64,000 nucleotides of DNA from a virus: positions 1 to 64,000 of the IMG/VR virus record IMGVR_UViG_3300043788_000169; one strand, 5' to 3'. Positions 25,525 through 35,794 of the stretch are shown in pieces. The notes under the pieces were generated by a model that saw nothing but the letters and a program-made list of their open reading frames with translations, ran no database searches and was not told where the DNA came from. Made by a program: the position numbers and the translations under genes. Each line of letters opens with the position of its first letter. The stretch's first letter is position 1.

Positions 25525-25860
25525 ATGAGCCCCGATGAGGTCCCCCAGGAACTGATAGACATCCTGGATCAGCGTGCGGGCAAGCAGCATTCCCGTACGG
25601 GACCGGTGGTGTCCTGCCTGGCGGAGATCCTGACCAAATACGACGAGATCAAGGCGCTCCCGTTCGTCCGCGACGAGGCAGCCGAGGCCCGGCGCCTCGC
25701 CATCATGGCGGTGAGCGAGCTGTACCCGTCGTTCTGCGTCGCTCACCGACGTCGTGTGCTGTGGATGCCCGCTCCTACGTGGTGGTATCACCGCAGCTTC
25801 CTGAACGGTGCCCCGGAAACCTGTAACCCAATGTGGAATGCTCATTCTCCGAGGGTCTAG
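25525..25860 (+). CDS. hypothetical protein
   Basis: ORF fills intergenic space. Confidence 0.55.
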   Translation: MSPDEVPQELIDILDQRAGKQHSRTGPVVSCLAEILTKYDEIKALPFVRDEAAEARRLAIMAVSELYPSFCVAHRRRVLWMPAPTWWYHRSFLNGAPETCNPMWNAHSPRV

Positions 25861-25942
25861 CCGATAGACCAGCTGCGCTCGGGTTGGCTCTAAAGGCCCC
25901 TCGCAGGCGCTCCCTGACACAACGTCCCGTGGAGTGTGTGTG

Positions 25943-26185
25943 ATGAGTGCTGTGCAGGCCAGGTTCTACGTTGCCGGGTATGAGCGGACCTCCTGGGATC
26001 CCAGCGTGACTATCGTGAAGATGCAAGCCGTGTCACGTGGTGAGCACAACAAGAACTGGGCAGCCGCCACACCCAGCGGGCAGATCCAGATGACCATCCG
26101 CAACGAGTCGGCGGCCGGCTGGTTTGTGGACCGGCTCGGCAAGGAAGTCTCGGTCACCTTCCGGCAGGCGGAGGACGACGAGTAG
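25943..26185 (+). CDS. small phage hypothetical protein
   Basis: VQARFYV..WAAATPSGQIQM; GGAG RBS. Confidence 0.65.
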   Translation: MSAVQARFYVAGYERTSWDPSVTIVKMQAVSRGEHNKNWAAATPSGQIQMTIRNESAAGWFVDRLGKEVSVTFRQAEDDE

Positions 26186-26205
26186 GGGCGCCCGATCACT
26201 TCTGC

Positions 26206-28212
26206 GTGACAGCCTGGGATCTGTCCGGCGCTGTCGAGCGCCGGGTAACGGCAGCCGCCGCCTCTCTCGATGACTTCGAGCACGAGCTGCCGGTCCCGCT
26301 TGATGTCTTCGTGCAGGACACCCGCTACCTGGGCAACCCGCCGCTGAGCCCGGAGCAGTACGAGGCGGTCCGGCACGCTGAGCGCATCTACATGGCCGAG
26401 ACCTACCCGATCCTGGCCTCGGTGGATGACCCGGCCATCGCCTCCTACTGGGCGCAGCCCTGCCGGATGGTCAACTTCCTGGACCTGGAGTGGGGCAAGG
26501 GCTCGGGCAAAGACCACTCCAGCCGGATCATGAACCTGAGAGTGGTCTACCTGCTGCTGTGCCTGAAGAGCCCGCAGCAGTATTTCCAGATGCCCGAGCA
26601 GGACACCATCCACACCCTCAACGTCGCGACCTCCTCGGCCCAGGCCGGCCGCGCGTTCTTCGCTCCCATGCGCCGGGCGGTGTCCCGGCCCGGCAACTGG
26701 TTCGCCCACGTCTCCGAGGCGGTGGAGGCCGGCGGCGGGGCCCGGCGGGAGACCCGTGCGCTGCTCAACCTCATCCGCTTTGATAAGAACATCGAGGCGA
26801 TCTCCGGCCACTCCGACGCCGACAGCCAGGAGGGCCTGAACTTGCTCTTCGGGGTGGCGGACGAGGTCGATGGCTTCAAGAGCCAGGCCGAGCTGGAGAA
26901 GGAACGTGGTGCCAGGGCCCGGGAGAGCGCCAGCTCGGCCGAGGCCATCCTGAACATGCTGCGCACGTCGGCGGCCACCCGGTTCCCGCACACCTACAAG
27001 AACGTCCGGATCAGCTACCCGCGCTATCTCGGGTCCACGATCCAGAAGCTGGTCGAGAGGGCCAAGCTCGACAACCAGGTCCGCGGTGCACGCTCGCGCT
27101 ACTACGTCTCCGGGCCCAAGTGCACCTGGGAGGTCAACCCGCGCATCACCCGCGAGTCGCTGCAGCCGGACTACGACGACGACGCGGCGCTGGCCCGGGC
27201 CAAGTACGAGTGCCGCCCCGGCCGGGCGGTCAACCCCTACTTCGGCAATGAGATGGCAATCCGGGCCGCCTGCTTCCAGGTGGCCAAGGACCCGGTCACG
27301 GTCGTGGATTACGTGCGCGATGCCGGGGCGTGGGCCCCGTTCTACGACTACGCGGATTACTTCCTGCCGATCCGCGGCGCCCGGTATGCGATGCACGCTG
27401 ACCTGTCCGTCCGGGGCGACCGCGCGGGCGTGGCCATGAGCCACATTGTCCGGTGGGACGAGCGCCAGGCGATCGGCCGCGGTCCCATGGGTGAGAACGT
27501 CTACCTGACGGAGAAGCGCCCGATCGTCAAGACCGACTTCGTGATCAGCTACGAGGCCGACGCTGGCCGCGAGCCGCCGCTGGAGATCCAGCTGCGGTGG
27601 TTCCGCCAGCTGGTGCTCGACCTGCGCACCCGCGGGTTCAACATCGTCCAGGCGTCCGCCGACGGCTACCAGAGCACCGACACCGCCCAGATCCTGCAGG
27701 CCCACGGCATCGAGTTCGTGATCCGCTCGACCGACCGCACCGAGGAGCACTGGTCGTCCCTGCGCGACGTGGCTTACGAGGGCCGGTGGTCCATGCCGCT
27801 GCGCGAGCTGGCCATCACCGAGCTGCTGGGCCTGTCCCGGCTGCCGAACGGCAAGATCGACCACCTGGGCGACGGCAGCAAGGATGAGGCCGACGCCATC
27901 GCCTGCTCGATCTCCGGCGCACTGGAGGTGCTGGGCGAGGAGGACCCGGACGGCCTGCAGGCGTGGCCTGCCGGGGTGATGGAGAACTGGGGCGGAACGC
28001 CACTGTTCAACCTGCCTATTGGCTTTGTGCCACCTAGCGTTTTCCGGCCGGATGAGGTCATGCCCCAGCTGGTGGCGGTCGACGGCCGCGGGATGCCTAT
28101 GTGGCTGCCTGATGCCACCGAGCCCGGATCGGACCAGTGCCCGTGCCGCGGGCAGGACGGCGTGGCCCGGTGCATGGAGTGCCGGATGGCCGTGACGCCC
28201 CGTCAGCAGTAG
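26206..28212 (+). CDS. terminase large subunit
   Basis: Walker A GKGSGKD, Walker B VADEVD, ISYPR, nuclease HADLS..DGYQS..KIDH..KDEADA. Confidence 0.9.
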   Translation: MTAWDLSGAVERRVTAAAASLDDFEHELPVPLDVFVQDTRYLGNPPLSPEQYEAVRHAERIYMAETYPILASVDDPAIASYWAQPCRMVNFLDLEWGKGSGKDHSSRIMNLRVVYLLLCLKSPQQYFQMPEQDTIHTLNVATSSAQAGRAFFAPMRRAVSRPGNWFAHVSEAVEAGGGARRETRALLNLIRFDKNIEAISGHSDADSQEGLNLLFGVADEVDGFKSQAELEKERGARARESASSAEAILNMLRTSAATRFPHTYKNVRISYPRYLGSTIQKLVERAKLDNQVRGARSRYYVSGPKCTWEVNPRITRESLQPDYDDDAALARAKYECRPGRAVNPYFGNEMAIRAACFQVAKDPVTVVDYVRDAGAWAPFYDYADYFLPIRGARYAMHADLSVRGDRAGVAMSHIVRWDERQAIGRGPMGENVYLTEKRPIVKTDFVISYEADAGREPPLEIQLRWFRQLVLDLRTRGFNIVQASADGYQSTDTAQILQAHGIEFVIRSTDRTEEHWSSLRDVAYEGRWSMPLRELAITELLGLSRLPNGKIDHLGDGSKDEADAIACSISGALEVLGEEDPDGLQAWPAGVMENWGGTPLFNLPIGFVPPSVFRPDEVMPQLVAVDGRGMPMWLPDATEPGSDQCPCRGQDGVARCMECRMAVTPRQQ

Positions 28213-28219
28213 GAGAGGT

Positions 28220-29164
28220 ATGAGCGTCCTGGCGGTGGTGTCGTATGGCGGCGGGAAGCAGAGCACCGCGCTGCTGGTGCTGGCCGCCCAGAACAAGATG
28301 CCGATCCGGACGTTCCTGTTCGCCAACGTCGGGGATGACAGCGAGGATCCGCACACTCTGGCCTACGTGCATCACGTCGCCAAGCCCTACGCCGGCTTCC
28401 ATGGCATTGAGTTGCATGAGCTGGACCGGATCAAGCGCGGCGGGATTCACCAGACGCTGTACGGCCAGCTCACCAACCCCGACTCCCGCTCGATCCCCAT
28501 CCCGATCCGGATGGCGGACACGGGCGCCCCTGGCACGCGCAACTGCACGGAGACCTACAAGATCAAGGTCATCGGCAAGTGGCTGGAGGCACACGGCGCG
28601 AGCCCGGAGAACCCCGCGGTGGTGGCCGTCGGCATCTCGGTGGATGAGCTGCACCGGGTCAATACCCGCAAGGCCCGGCCGCACGAGCGGCTGGCCTACC
28701 CGCTGCTGGGGATGCTCGACGGCCGGTTTGATGCTAAAGCCTTCGAGCAGATCGACGTCCCGATGAGCCGGGTGGGCTGTGACGAGCTGGTCCGGGCCGA
28801 GCCGCTGCCTCCTCAGCTCGTTCCTGAGCTGTACGAGCACTTCACCGAGTTCGCCCCGGAGACACAGGCCGACCTGCTGGCGTCCAGGTTCACCCTGCTG
28901 CCCCGGCCGGGCAAGAGTGCCTGCTACTTCTGTCCGTTCAAAAAGCCCAGTGAGTGGGCGCTCCAGCGCAGGCAGTCCCCCGAGCTGTTCCAGCAGGCCG
29001 CAGAGCTGGAGGAGCTGCTGAATCAGCGCCGGGAGATGCTGGGCCGCGACCGCGCGTACCTCACCCGCTTCGGCAAGCCCCTGGCCGAGGCGATCCCCGA
29101 GGTAGTCGAGAACGCCGACGACCTGGACGACGCGCATTGTGACAACGGCTTCTGCATGACATAG
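28220..29164 (+). CDS. PAPS-reductase-like PP-loop protein
   Basis: SYGGGKQS, FANVG, R.CT..YKI, KSACYFCPF, C-terminal CDNGFC. Confidence 0.82.
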   Translation: MSVLAVVSYGGGKQSTALLVLAAQNKMPIRTFLFANVGDDSEDPHTLAYVHHVAKPYAGFHGIELHELDRIKRGGIHQTLYGQLTNPDSRSIPIPIRMADTGAPGTRNCTETYKIKVIGKWLEAHGASPENPAVVAVGISVDELHRVNTRKARPHERLAYPLLGMLDGRFDAKAFEQIDVPMSRVGCDELVRAEPLPPQLVPELYEHFTEFAPETQADLLASRFTLLPRPGKSACYFCPFKKPSEWALQRRQSPELFQQAAELEELLNQRREMLGRDRAYLTRFGKPLAEAIPEVVENADDLDDAHCDNGFCMT

Positions 29165-29180
29165 CGCCGATGATCTCCTC

Positions 29181-30812
29181 GTGCCGGAAGAGCCCGTCTT
29201 TGCCGACTACGTGGAGCTGGCCGGCCCGTCAGTGCCGGGCGCCGGCCTCGGTGTCATGCCGCCCGGCGGCATGGGCGTCACCACGCAGGGCTTCGGCCAG
29301 GAAGGCTACGTCCTCTCAGACGACGACGTAGGCCCGCAGCCTCCCCCGCAGGAAGCTGACCTCTCGTTCGCCACGGGTGTCCCGTACTTCCTGCCGTTCG
29401 CCACGCCCTACCGCGACAGCTGGGAAGTCTTCCGCGAGGACCCGGTCACCATCAGCCAGCTGGTGTCCATGCGCAGGCAGGATGGCCAGGCGCGGGCGCT
29501 GTACCGGCTGCTGACCATGCCGCTGCTCGCCGCGCTGAAGAACTGCGATGTGGTGCCGGTCGACGGCCAGCTCGGCGGCCAGGAAGAGGCCCAGTTCTGC
29601 AAGGATCTGCTCACGCTGCCTGCTTCCAGCGGGGGCATGACCCACAGCTTCGGCCGGTTCATCCGCCAGATGCTGCTCGCGCTTTTCAACGGCTTCAGCG
29701 CCTGGGAGATGGTCTACTGGGTGCCCACCACCGGGCCGCAGAAGGGCAAGATCACCCTCCGGAAGATCGACTGGCGCCCGGCGGAGACGCTGACCTTCCT
29801 GCTCGACGGCCAGGGCGAGTTCAACGGCTTCCGGCAGCGCACGTTCTTCCAGGGCCGCACGATCGACGTCAAGATCCCCAAGAACGTCGCGGTTTACTAC
29901 GCGCACGAGGAGGCAGAGCGCCCGTTTTATGGTGTTTCGATGTTCGAGAGCGCCTTCTACCACTACGACAAGAAGGTAAAGCTCTACTACATCGCCCACC
30001 TCGCGGCGCAGCGCTCCGCCGTCGGCATGCGTGTCGGCACGATGCCCCCGAACCCGGCCGCCCAGGACAAGAACAACTTCGTCCGCGGGCTGGCCGACCT
30101 GGGGCTGGCGCAGTACATGGTGGTGCCGAGCGCTGACTGGATCGTGCAGAGCCTCAAGGAAGATTCGAGCTTCGACTTCCTCGGCCTGATCAACCACCAC
30201 AACAGCGAGATGAGCAAGTCGATCCTCGCGCAGTGGTTCGACCAGCAGCAGGGCGGCGGCCAGGGCGACAGCTCGCTGGTCGACTTCGGCAAGCAGTCCG
30301 ACGTCACCTTCATGATGATGCTGGACGGCATCCTGGAGGAGATGGCTGAGGTCATCACCCAGCACATCTTCCCGCGGTTCGTGGACTGGAACTTCGGCTC
30401 CGGCAAGTACCCGCAGTTCAAGTGGGGGCCGCTGACCGGCGAGCAGAAGGCTGCGATCCAGGACACGTTCGACAAGCTCGCGCTGGCCGGCCAGAACGCC
30501 AACTGCACTCCCCAGTTCATGATGGAGCTGGAGAAGAAGATGGCTATGGAGTTCGGGTTCGACATCGACTACGACACGATCGAGAAAGAGCAGGAGGCCC
30601 AGCACCAGCTCCAGCTCAAGATGGATCAGGCCCAGGCCAAGGCCCAGATCCAGGCGCTGCAGAACCCGGAGCAGCAGGCCGCGGGCGGGAGCGCCGGAAC
30701 TACGGCCGGCGCCAGTGCGGGCGGCTCCTCGAATGGCGGCAGCCAGGGCGGGGCGATGAGTACGCCAGGCAACCTGCTGCCCTCGGGCTTCCAGGCGAAG
30801 TCTGCTGCTTAG
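29181..30812 (+). CDS. portal protein (DUF935/Mu gp29-like)
   Basis: ALFNGFSAWEMVY, PFYGVSMFESAFY, INHHNSEMSKSIL; position after terminase. Confidence 0.85.
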   Translation: MPEEPVFADYVELAGPSVPGAGLGVMPPGGMGVTTQGFGQEGYVLSDDDVGPQPPPQEADLSFATGVPYFLPFATPYRDSWEVFREDPVTISQLVSMRRQDGQARALYRLLTMPLLAALKNCDVVPVDGQLGGQEEAQFCKDLLTLPASSGGMTHSFGRFIRQMLLALFNGFSAWEMVYWVPTTGPQKGKITLRKIDWRPAETLTFLLDGQGEFNGFRQRTFFQGRTIDVKIPKNVAVYYAHEEAERPFYGVSMFESAFYHYDKKVKLYYIAHLAAQRSAVGMRVGTMPPNPAAQDKNNFVRGLADLGLAQYMVVPSADWIVQSLKEDSSFDFLGLINHHNSEMSKSILAQWFDQQQGGGQGDSSLVDFGKQSDVTFMMMLDGILEEMAEVITQHIFPRFVDWNFGSGKYPQFKWGPLTGEQKAAIQDTFDKLALAGQNANCTPQFMMELEKKMAMEFGFDIDYDTIEKEQEAQHQLQLKMDQAQAKAQIQALQNPEQQAAGGSAGTTAGASAGGSSNGGSQGGAMSTPGNLLPSGFQAKSAA

Positions 30813-30820
30813 GAGGTGCC

Positions 30821-30997
30821 GTGTACGCTCCGCGCGTGGTCGGTGAAGATGGAAAGATGCTGGGCTGTGAGAAGGAAGCTGAGTGTCCGTGGCCTGCTAC
30901 GGGGATCGAGGTCACCGAGGACGGAGAGACCCGCTTCTGCGAGCTGCATGCCCCTCACGGGGTCCGTGTGCGAGTCCTGGAATCCGGCGATGGCTGA
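30821..30997 (+). CDS. small Cys-containing protein
   Basis: AGGAGG RBS, GTG start. Confidence 0.5.
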   Translation: MYAPRVVGEDGKMLGCEKEAECPWPATGIEVTEDGETRFCELHAPHGVRVRVLESGDG

Positions 30998-31340
30998 CGA
31001 CCCGGTGCGTGATGCTCAGGACGCCCTCGTCGGGCTCGCCCGGGAGCTGGTGGACGAGCTGGCCGGAGCCCGGCTGCTGGAGATCGCGCTAGCGCGCAAG
31101 CCTGAGCCCGCTGACAGTGCCCATGACGTCGGCGCCACGATCTCCGGCCGCAAGGTCGTGGCTGTGCTGTCTCACCCGCAGAGCCAGACGCTGATCTACG
31201 ACCTCGGCGGAGGCCACTTCGCTGAGGAAATGGGCGGTAAGGTGGGCGGCGTCCTGCACAGCGATCAGTTCCGCCACGACCACATGCTGGCCAAGGGCTG
31301 GCGGGTGCGGGTCTCGGCCGGAAAGCCTGCGGCGTCCTGA
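30990..31340 (+). CDS. hypothetical protein
   Basis: ATG overlapping upstream gene. Confidence 0.6.
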   Translation: MADDPVRDAQDALVGLARELVDELAGARLLEIALARKPEPADSAHDVGATISGRKVVAVLSHPQSQTLIYDLGGGHFAEEMGGKVGGVLHSDQFRHDHMLAKGWRVRVSAGKPAAS

Positions 31341-31376
31341 TCCACAGGCTGTGGATATCCCTGTGGACGGTGAAAC

Positions 31377-32345
31377 GTGCCTCCTGACCACGATGCTGTG
31401 CAGACCGCGGCCGACCGGCTGTCGCTGCATCTCTCCACGGTTGTGGCGGCGGCGTTCACGGGCTATATGCGTCATCTGGACGACGCTGTGCGCAGCAGCC
31501 CGCGCGCTGCCCCGCAAATCTTCGACCGCCCCGACCTGCAGGACTATCTGATGTCAGCGCTGCGCACCGCCCACACCCACGCGGACACCCTGATCCGCCA
31601 GGCGTGGAGTCACGGCGGCGGATCCACGGGCCCGTACCTGGACAAGGCCCTGTCGGACGCTGCCGGGGCGCTGAACGAGCTGCGCGGCCAGATCTCCGGG
31701 ATCGTCCGGGAGGAGCTGGCTTCGCCCAGGCCGGACGTGGCCGGGCGGCTGCAGGCGGCAGTGTCGGATGCCGTGGTCAGGACGTCCACCCGGATGCGGA
31801 TGAGCCTGGAGTCGGCCGCTGGGGCCAGCCACACCGAGGCGGTGATCGCTGAGGGCCGCCAGCTGCAGCAGCAGGGCCAGCACGTCATGAAGGTGTGGCG
31901 CTCGCGGCTGTCGCGCCGCACCTGCCGGTGGTGCCGGGAGCTGGACGGCGTCATGATCCCGCTCGATGACGACTTCCCGCACGGCGACCCCGTCGCGCTG
32001 GAGCAGAGCCGTACCCGCCGCGTGGCCACGCCTGCCGGAGTGCGCCGGTACCGCCGCAGCATGGGCCAGCCGATCATCCTCACCCACCCGCCGCGGGTGT
32101 GGCTTGGCCGGCTGCCGGGCCCTAAGCGCCATCCGCGGTGCGAGTGCTGGCTGGAGCTGCACATCCTCACCGAGGCCGGGCCGCCGCCGGCCCCGCTGCG
32201 CAGTGAGGAGCCGGCTGAGCGGATGTATGCGCGGGCCTCTGACATCGCGGCCCTGCCCGAGCCCCAGTACATGAGCCTCATGGCGTTCCTGCGTGCGGCC
32301 ACGCACGAGCTGGGGCAGGTACTGCGGAGGCTGAAGGGCCTGTGA
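31377..32345 (+). CDS. MuF/SPP1 gp7-like head morphogenesis protein
   Basis: KVW..TCRWCRELDG..HPRCEC. Confidence 0.8.
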   Translation: MPPDHDAVQTAADRLSLHLSTVVAAAFTGYMRHLDDAVRSSPRAAPQIFDRPDLQDYLMSALRTAHTHADTLIRQAWSHGGGSTGPYLDKALSDAAGALNELRGQISGIVREELASPRPDVAGRLQAAVSDAVVRTSTRMRMSLESAAGASHTEAVIAEGRQLQQQGQHVMKVWRSRLSRRTCRWCRELDGVMIPLDDDFPHGDPVALEQSRTRRVATPAGVRRYRRSMGQPIILTHPPRVWLGRLPGPKRHPRCECWLELHILTEAGPPPAPLRSEEPAERMYARASDIAALPEPQYMSLMAFLRAATHELGQVLRRLKGL

Positions 32346-32563
32346 TGACGCTGCGCTACCGGGCCCATACCCGGCTGCCGTACGCCATGGCGCTGAGGGA
32401 TCTGGCTGAGTACGCCCACACTCACCCGGACCCGGACTTCACGTTCGGGCCCATGACGTTGGAGCGCATGGAGAGCGAAGGCTTGGTCATTTCCGGGCCC
32501 GGTCTGGAGGGTGTCAAGGCCCTCCTGAGCAGCGTTTCTGGTCTGGTCGAGTCGGATTCTTAG
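32342..32563 (+). CDS. small hypothetical protein
   Basis: GTGA overlap. Confidence 0.5.
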   Translation: MMTLRYRAHTRLPYAMALRDLAEYAHTHPDPDFTFGPMTLERMESEGLVISGPGLEGVKALLSSVSGLVESDS

Positions 32564-32593
32564 TTGACACGTGTCTACCGCACGTGCTAGGTT
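32564..32593 (+). promoter_or_regulatory. sigma70-like promoter for a leaderless mRNA
   Basis: TTGACA-N18-TAGGTT-N6-ATG. Confidence 0.7.
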
Positions 32594-32599
32594 TCTCCT

Positions 32600-33697
32600 A
32601 TGACCACGATGCAGAGGCTTCGGCCTAGTCAGGTGCTGGGTGTCCAGGCAGAGCTGCGTGAGCGCTTCACCAAGCCGAGCCCGTATCTGAAGCACTGGCT
32701 ACAGGAGATGGCTCGGTCTATGGACGCGTCCAGCGCGTTCCGGCGGCAGCTGATGTTTTACCCCTATGAGCCTCACCTGGATGAGGCTCATGCTGGGCTG
32801 TTCGCTCAGTCTCTTGGCCGTGGCCTGTTCTCTGCGGAGACCTACCAGATCACCGACCACATGGTGGGGATTCTGGAGGATCTGTACTGGAACACCGTTA
32901 AAAAAGGCGGGGCTGAGGCCGTGGAGGAGGAGCTGCTGCCCAGCAAGGCAGGCTTCATCTGGTATGACCGCCCCGTTGAGCTGCGCGAGCGCACTGGTGG
33001 TGTGGTGAGTATCCGGGCGGTCAGCTGGAATCCACAGGTTTTCTACTACGCCCAGACCGACGGGTTCGGCCGTGCCTCCATTCCGGTGGTCCGGGATGGC
33101 GTCCGGCTGAGTTTCTGGCAGCTTCGCGGAGATCCTACGGACTGGTCCGAGGTCATGGATTCGGAGGCTTCCCGCCAGGGAGATCTGCTGCTCCAGCACA
33201 CCGTGGCCTTGTCGTTCGGTGAGCGTTATCCGGTGCAGGCGATCACCGACTCCGCTGGTGATTCGATCAAGGGCAACTCGGTGCTGCACTGGGCCATCGT
33301 CACCTGGATGCTGCTGGACACTGAGATCGCCGCGGAGCAGCGTCAGCGTCCGGAGCAGCACAGCCGCCGGGCTAGGCAGGTAGCCCGCTCGCTCAAGCAC
33401 AATGAGGTCCGGGTCATCACACTGCGCCGGTCCAGCAAGCCCCAGGACGCCGATCACGTGGTGCAGCACCGCGACGTCGACTGGACGTGCTGCTGGGTGG
33501 TGGACGGCTTCTGGCGCCACATCGAGTCTTATGATGAAGACCTGTTCAAGAAAGGCCATCAGGCCAGGACCGACAAGGGCACTTCGCCGCGGTGCACGGT
33601 TTGCGGTGCGAAGATCACCCGGGTGAAATCCCACATCCGCGGCCCGGACTGGAAGCCGTTGCGTAACCCGGACCGGCTGTACCTGCTCAAGCGGTAA
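32600..33697 (+). CDS. hypothetical protein with its own promoter, inserted in head genes
   Basis: 365-aa ORF; C-terminal WVVDGFWR..HIRGP. Confidence 0.75.
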   Translation: MTTMQRLRPSQVLGVQAELRERFTKPSPYLKHWLQEMARSMDASSAFRRQLMFYPYEPHLDEAHAGLFAQSLGRGLFSAETYQITDHMVGILEDLYWNTVKKGGAEAVEEELLPSKAGFIWYDRPVELRERTGGVVSIRAVSWNPQVFYYAQTDGFGRASIPVVRDGVRLSFWQLRGDPTDWSEVMDSEASRQGDLLLQHTVALSFGERYPVQAITDSAGDSIKGNSVLHWAIVTWMLLDTEIAAEQRQRPEQHSRRARQVARSLKHNEVRVITLRRSSKPQDADHVVQHRDVDWTCCWVVDGFWRHIESYDEDLFKKGHQARTDKGTSPRCTVCGAKITRVKSHIRGPDWKPLRNPDRLYLLKR

Positions 33698-33848
33698 GCC
33701 GGTGCTAGTCTGATAGCTGGTCCCCTGGCTCAGAACCCCAGAGACCGGCACCGAATGCACAGGCAGAGGCCCCAAGTACGCGCCACATAGCCCATCGGCC
33801 GGGCGGCGACCGAAAACGGGGCCTTTGCTGTTTCCCGATGATCTGCGC

Positions 33849-35090
33849 ATGGACCAGGTCATCATCCCGTGCCCGGCCGGAGGCGAATACTCCGAGATCG
33901 AGCTGGCGCGCGACCGCCAGGCCAAAGGCACCGTCTTCCGCAAGCACCTGCTGAACCTCGGCACACTGCACCACCCGAAGACCGGCGAGCCCCTGCAGCT
34001 GGATGACGCGTGGTATGGCCAGCTCAAGGCCAACTTCGACAACCAGGTCTGCGACATCGTCCAGGTCCCGCTTGCCGACGGCCAGAACCACCACACCGAG
34101 GACCCCCGGTCCAACGTGGGCGAGGTCATCGGGATCGAGCGCGAGGGCAACAAGATCTACAGCCTGGTCGACGTGCGCGATCCCAAGGCCGTCGAGGGCC
34201 TGCGCAGCGGCACGTTGCTCGGCGCGAGCGCCTTCCTGCACATGGACTACAAGGACACGCGCACGAACAAGAACGTCGGCCCGACGCTGCTGCACCACTG
34301 CATCACCAACCGCCCGTACGTCACCGGCCTGGAGGACTACCAGGAGGTCGTGGCTGCCACCGCCCCCGGCGGCAGTGAGGTGGTCGTGCTGGCCTCGGCG
34401 CCCGATGTCAATTCTGACCCCCCAGCCGATAAGGCACACGACGCAGCGACCCAGGAGGAGCTGTCCATGACCAAGGAAGAGATGCTGGCCGCTCTCAAGG
34501 CCGAGCACGGCATCGACGTTGAGGCTCTCCAGGTCCAGGCGTCCCAGCCCGCTCCCCCGGCAGCACCGCTCGATGAGGGCAAGCTCGTCGCTGCGTTCAC
34601 CGCGGCGCTGCAGCAGGCAGCTCCGACGCTGAGCCTGAGCAACACGCAGACCGAGGACGGCGCGCTTCAGCTGTCCGACGTCGTCGGGGCCGTGGCCGAG
34701 CTGGCTGGCCAGCACCGCGCATTCGGGGACCGGATCGTCGGCCTGGAGCGCGAGCGCGCCGAGCAGGAGATCGACATCTACATCTCCGAGGGTCGCGTGC
34801 TGCCCAAGCAGCGTGAGGCGTACGTGACCATGGCGCTGACCAACCGCGACCAGCTGGAGGTCATGCTCCCGGACAAGGCGATCGTGGCGCTCAACGCCCA
34901 GAAGGGCACTGGCGGCCGGCCGCAGGGCGAGCAGAAGCAGCAGCTGGACATCGACCAGGAGATCCTGCGGCTGACCGCCGAGAACGCCCAGATCTTCGAC
35001 CCGGAGGCTGCGCGCGACCCGCGCGCCCGTGTGATCGCCGCGAACGCGGCTGCCCAGGCAGCCCAGCTCGCGCTGACCAGCGGCAGCTGA
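33849..35090 (+). CDS. capsid maturation protease/scaffold (Mu I-like)
   Basis: GEVIG, ASA, VGPTLLH..ITNRPY..GL; coiled C-terminus; CCGAT-N9-ATG. Confidence 0.8.
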   Translation: MDQVIIPCPAGGEYSEIELARDRQAKGTVFRKHLLNLGTLHHPKTGEPLQLDDAWYGQLKANFDNQVCDIVQVPLADGQNHHTEDPRSNVGEVIGIEREGNKIYSLVDVRDPKAVEGLRSGTLLGASAFLHMDYKDTRTNKNVGPTLLHHCITNRPYVTGLEDYQEVVAATAPGGSEVVVLASAPDVNSDPPADKAHDAATQEELSMTKEEMLAALKAEHGIDVEALQVQASQPAPPAAPLDEGKLVAAFTAALQQAAPTLSLSNTQTEDGALQLSDVVGAVAELAGQHRAFGDRIVGLERERAEQEIDIYISEGRVLPKQREAYVTMALTNRDQLEVMLPDKAIVALNAQKGTGGRPQGEQKQQLDIDQEILRLTAENAQIFDPEAARDPRARVIAANAAAQAAQLALTSGS

Positions 35091-35143
35091 GCCCGCTCCG
35101 ACCGACCCGCCCGGCCAACTACGTCTGAGGGAGAGAACTCCAG

Positions 35144-35671
35144 GTGGCCACATACGACAGCTTTGAGTTCGACTACATCCCGGCGTACACGAAGCCGACG
35201 CACGAGTACGGCCAGGAGCTGGGCACCGCCCCGTACGCCAGCCAGTTCATGGCTCCGGTCGTCCGGGAGCTGCTCAAGTCCTACGCGGCCTTCACCCAGA
35301 AGGGCGTCACGCTCGCGGGCGGCAACGGCATTCTGCCGACCGGCTGTGTGCTGGCGATGCAGACCGCGAACCAGCTGTACTACCCGTACAACGCGACGGC
35401 CAGCGACGGTACGCAGAACGCCCTGGGCGTGCTGCGCGATGCCCGCGACACGGGCGGCACCAGCGACCCGACCGGCCAGACCGCGACGGCGTGCCTCGGC
35501 AACCTGGTCTACCGCGGCATCCTGGACCTGACGCTGGTCTCCGGCACCGACACGACCTCGCTGGTCTCCGGCGGCACCGGCACGGGTGGCGGCATTGGCT
35601 CGGGTACCACGGGCGTGGTCACTCAGCTCAAGGCCCGCACCGACACGGTCAACGGGCTGTTCATCTTCTAG
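35144..35671 (+). CDS. head decoration protein
   Basis: GVTLAGG..LPTGCVL..YN.TASDG..ALGVL; between protease and capsid. Confidence 0.78.
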   Translation: MATYDSFEFDYIPAYTKPTHEYGQELGTAPYASQFMAPVVRELLKSYAAFTQKGVTLAGGNGILPTGCVLAMQTANQLYYPYNATASDGTQNALGVLRDARDTGGTSDPTGQTATACLGNLVYRGILDLTLVSGTDTTSLVSGGTGTGGGIGSGTTGVVTQLKARTDTVNGLFIF

Positions 35672-35735
35672 CTGTGAGCTAGGGTGGGGTTGCTGGCTTC
35701 AAAGTCGCAGAAGTCCAGGGATCGCACAGGCAGAG

Positions 35736-35771
35736 CGGGCGCTCCTCCACGCCGGGGGAGGCGCCCGTTTT
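35736..35771 (+). terminator. intrinsic terminator
   Basis: CGGGCG..CGCCCG followed by TTTT. Confidence 0.6.
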
Positions 35772-35794
35772 GTCGTCAGATGTGTAATAGCGGT

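Noticed and set aside
25966-28356. Long minus-strand ORFs (this 796-aa one, 36062-37720, 24448-25920 and others)
   Set aside because: Antisense shadows of real high-GC plus-strand genes; no motifs or RBSs.
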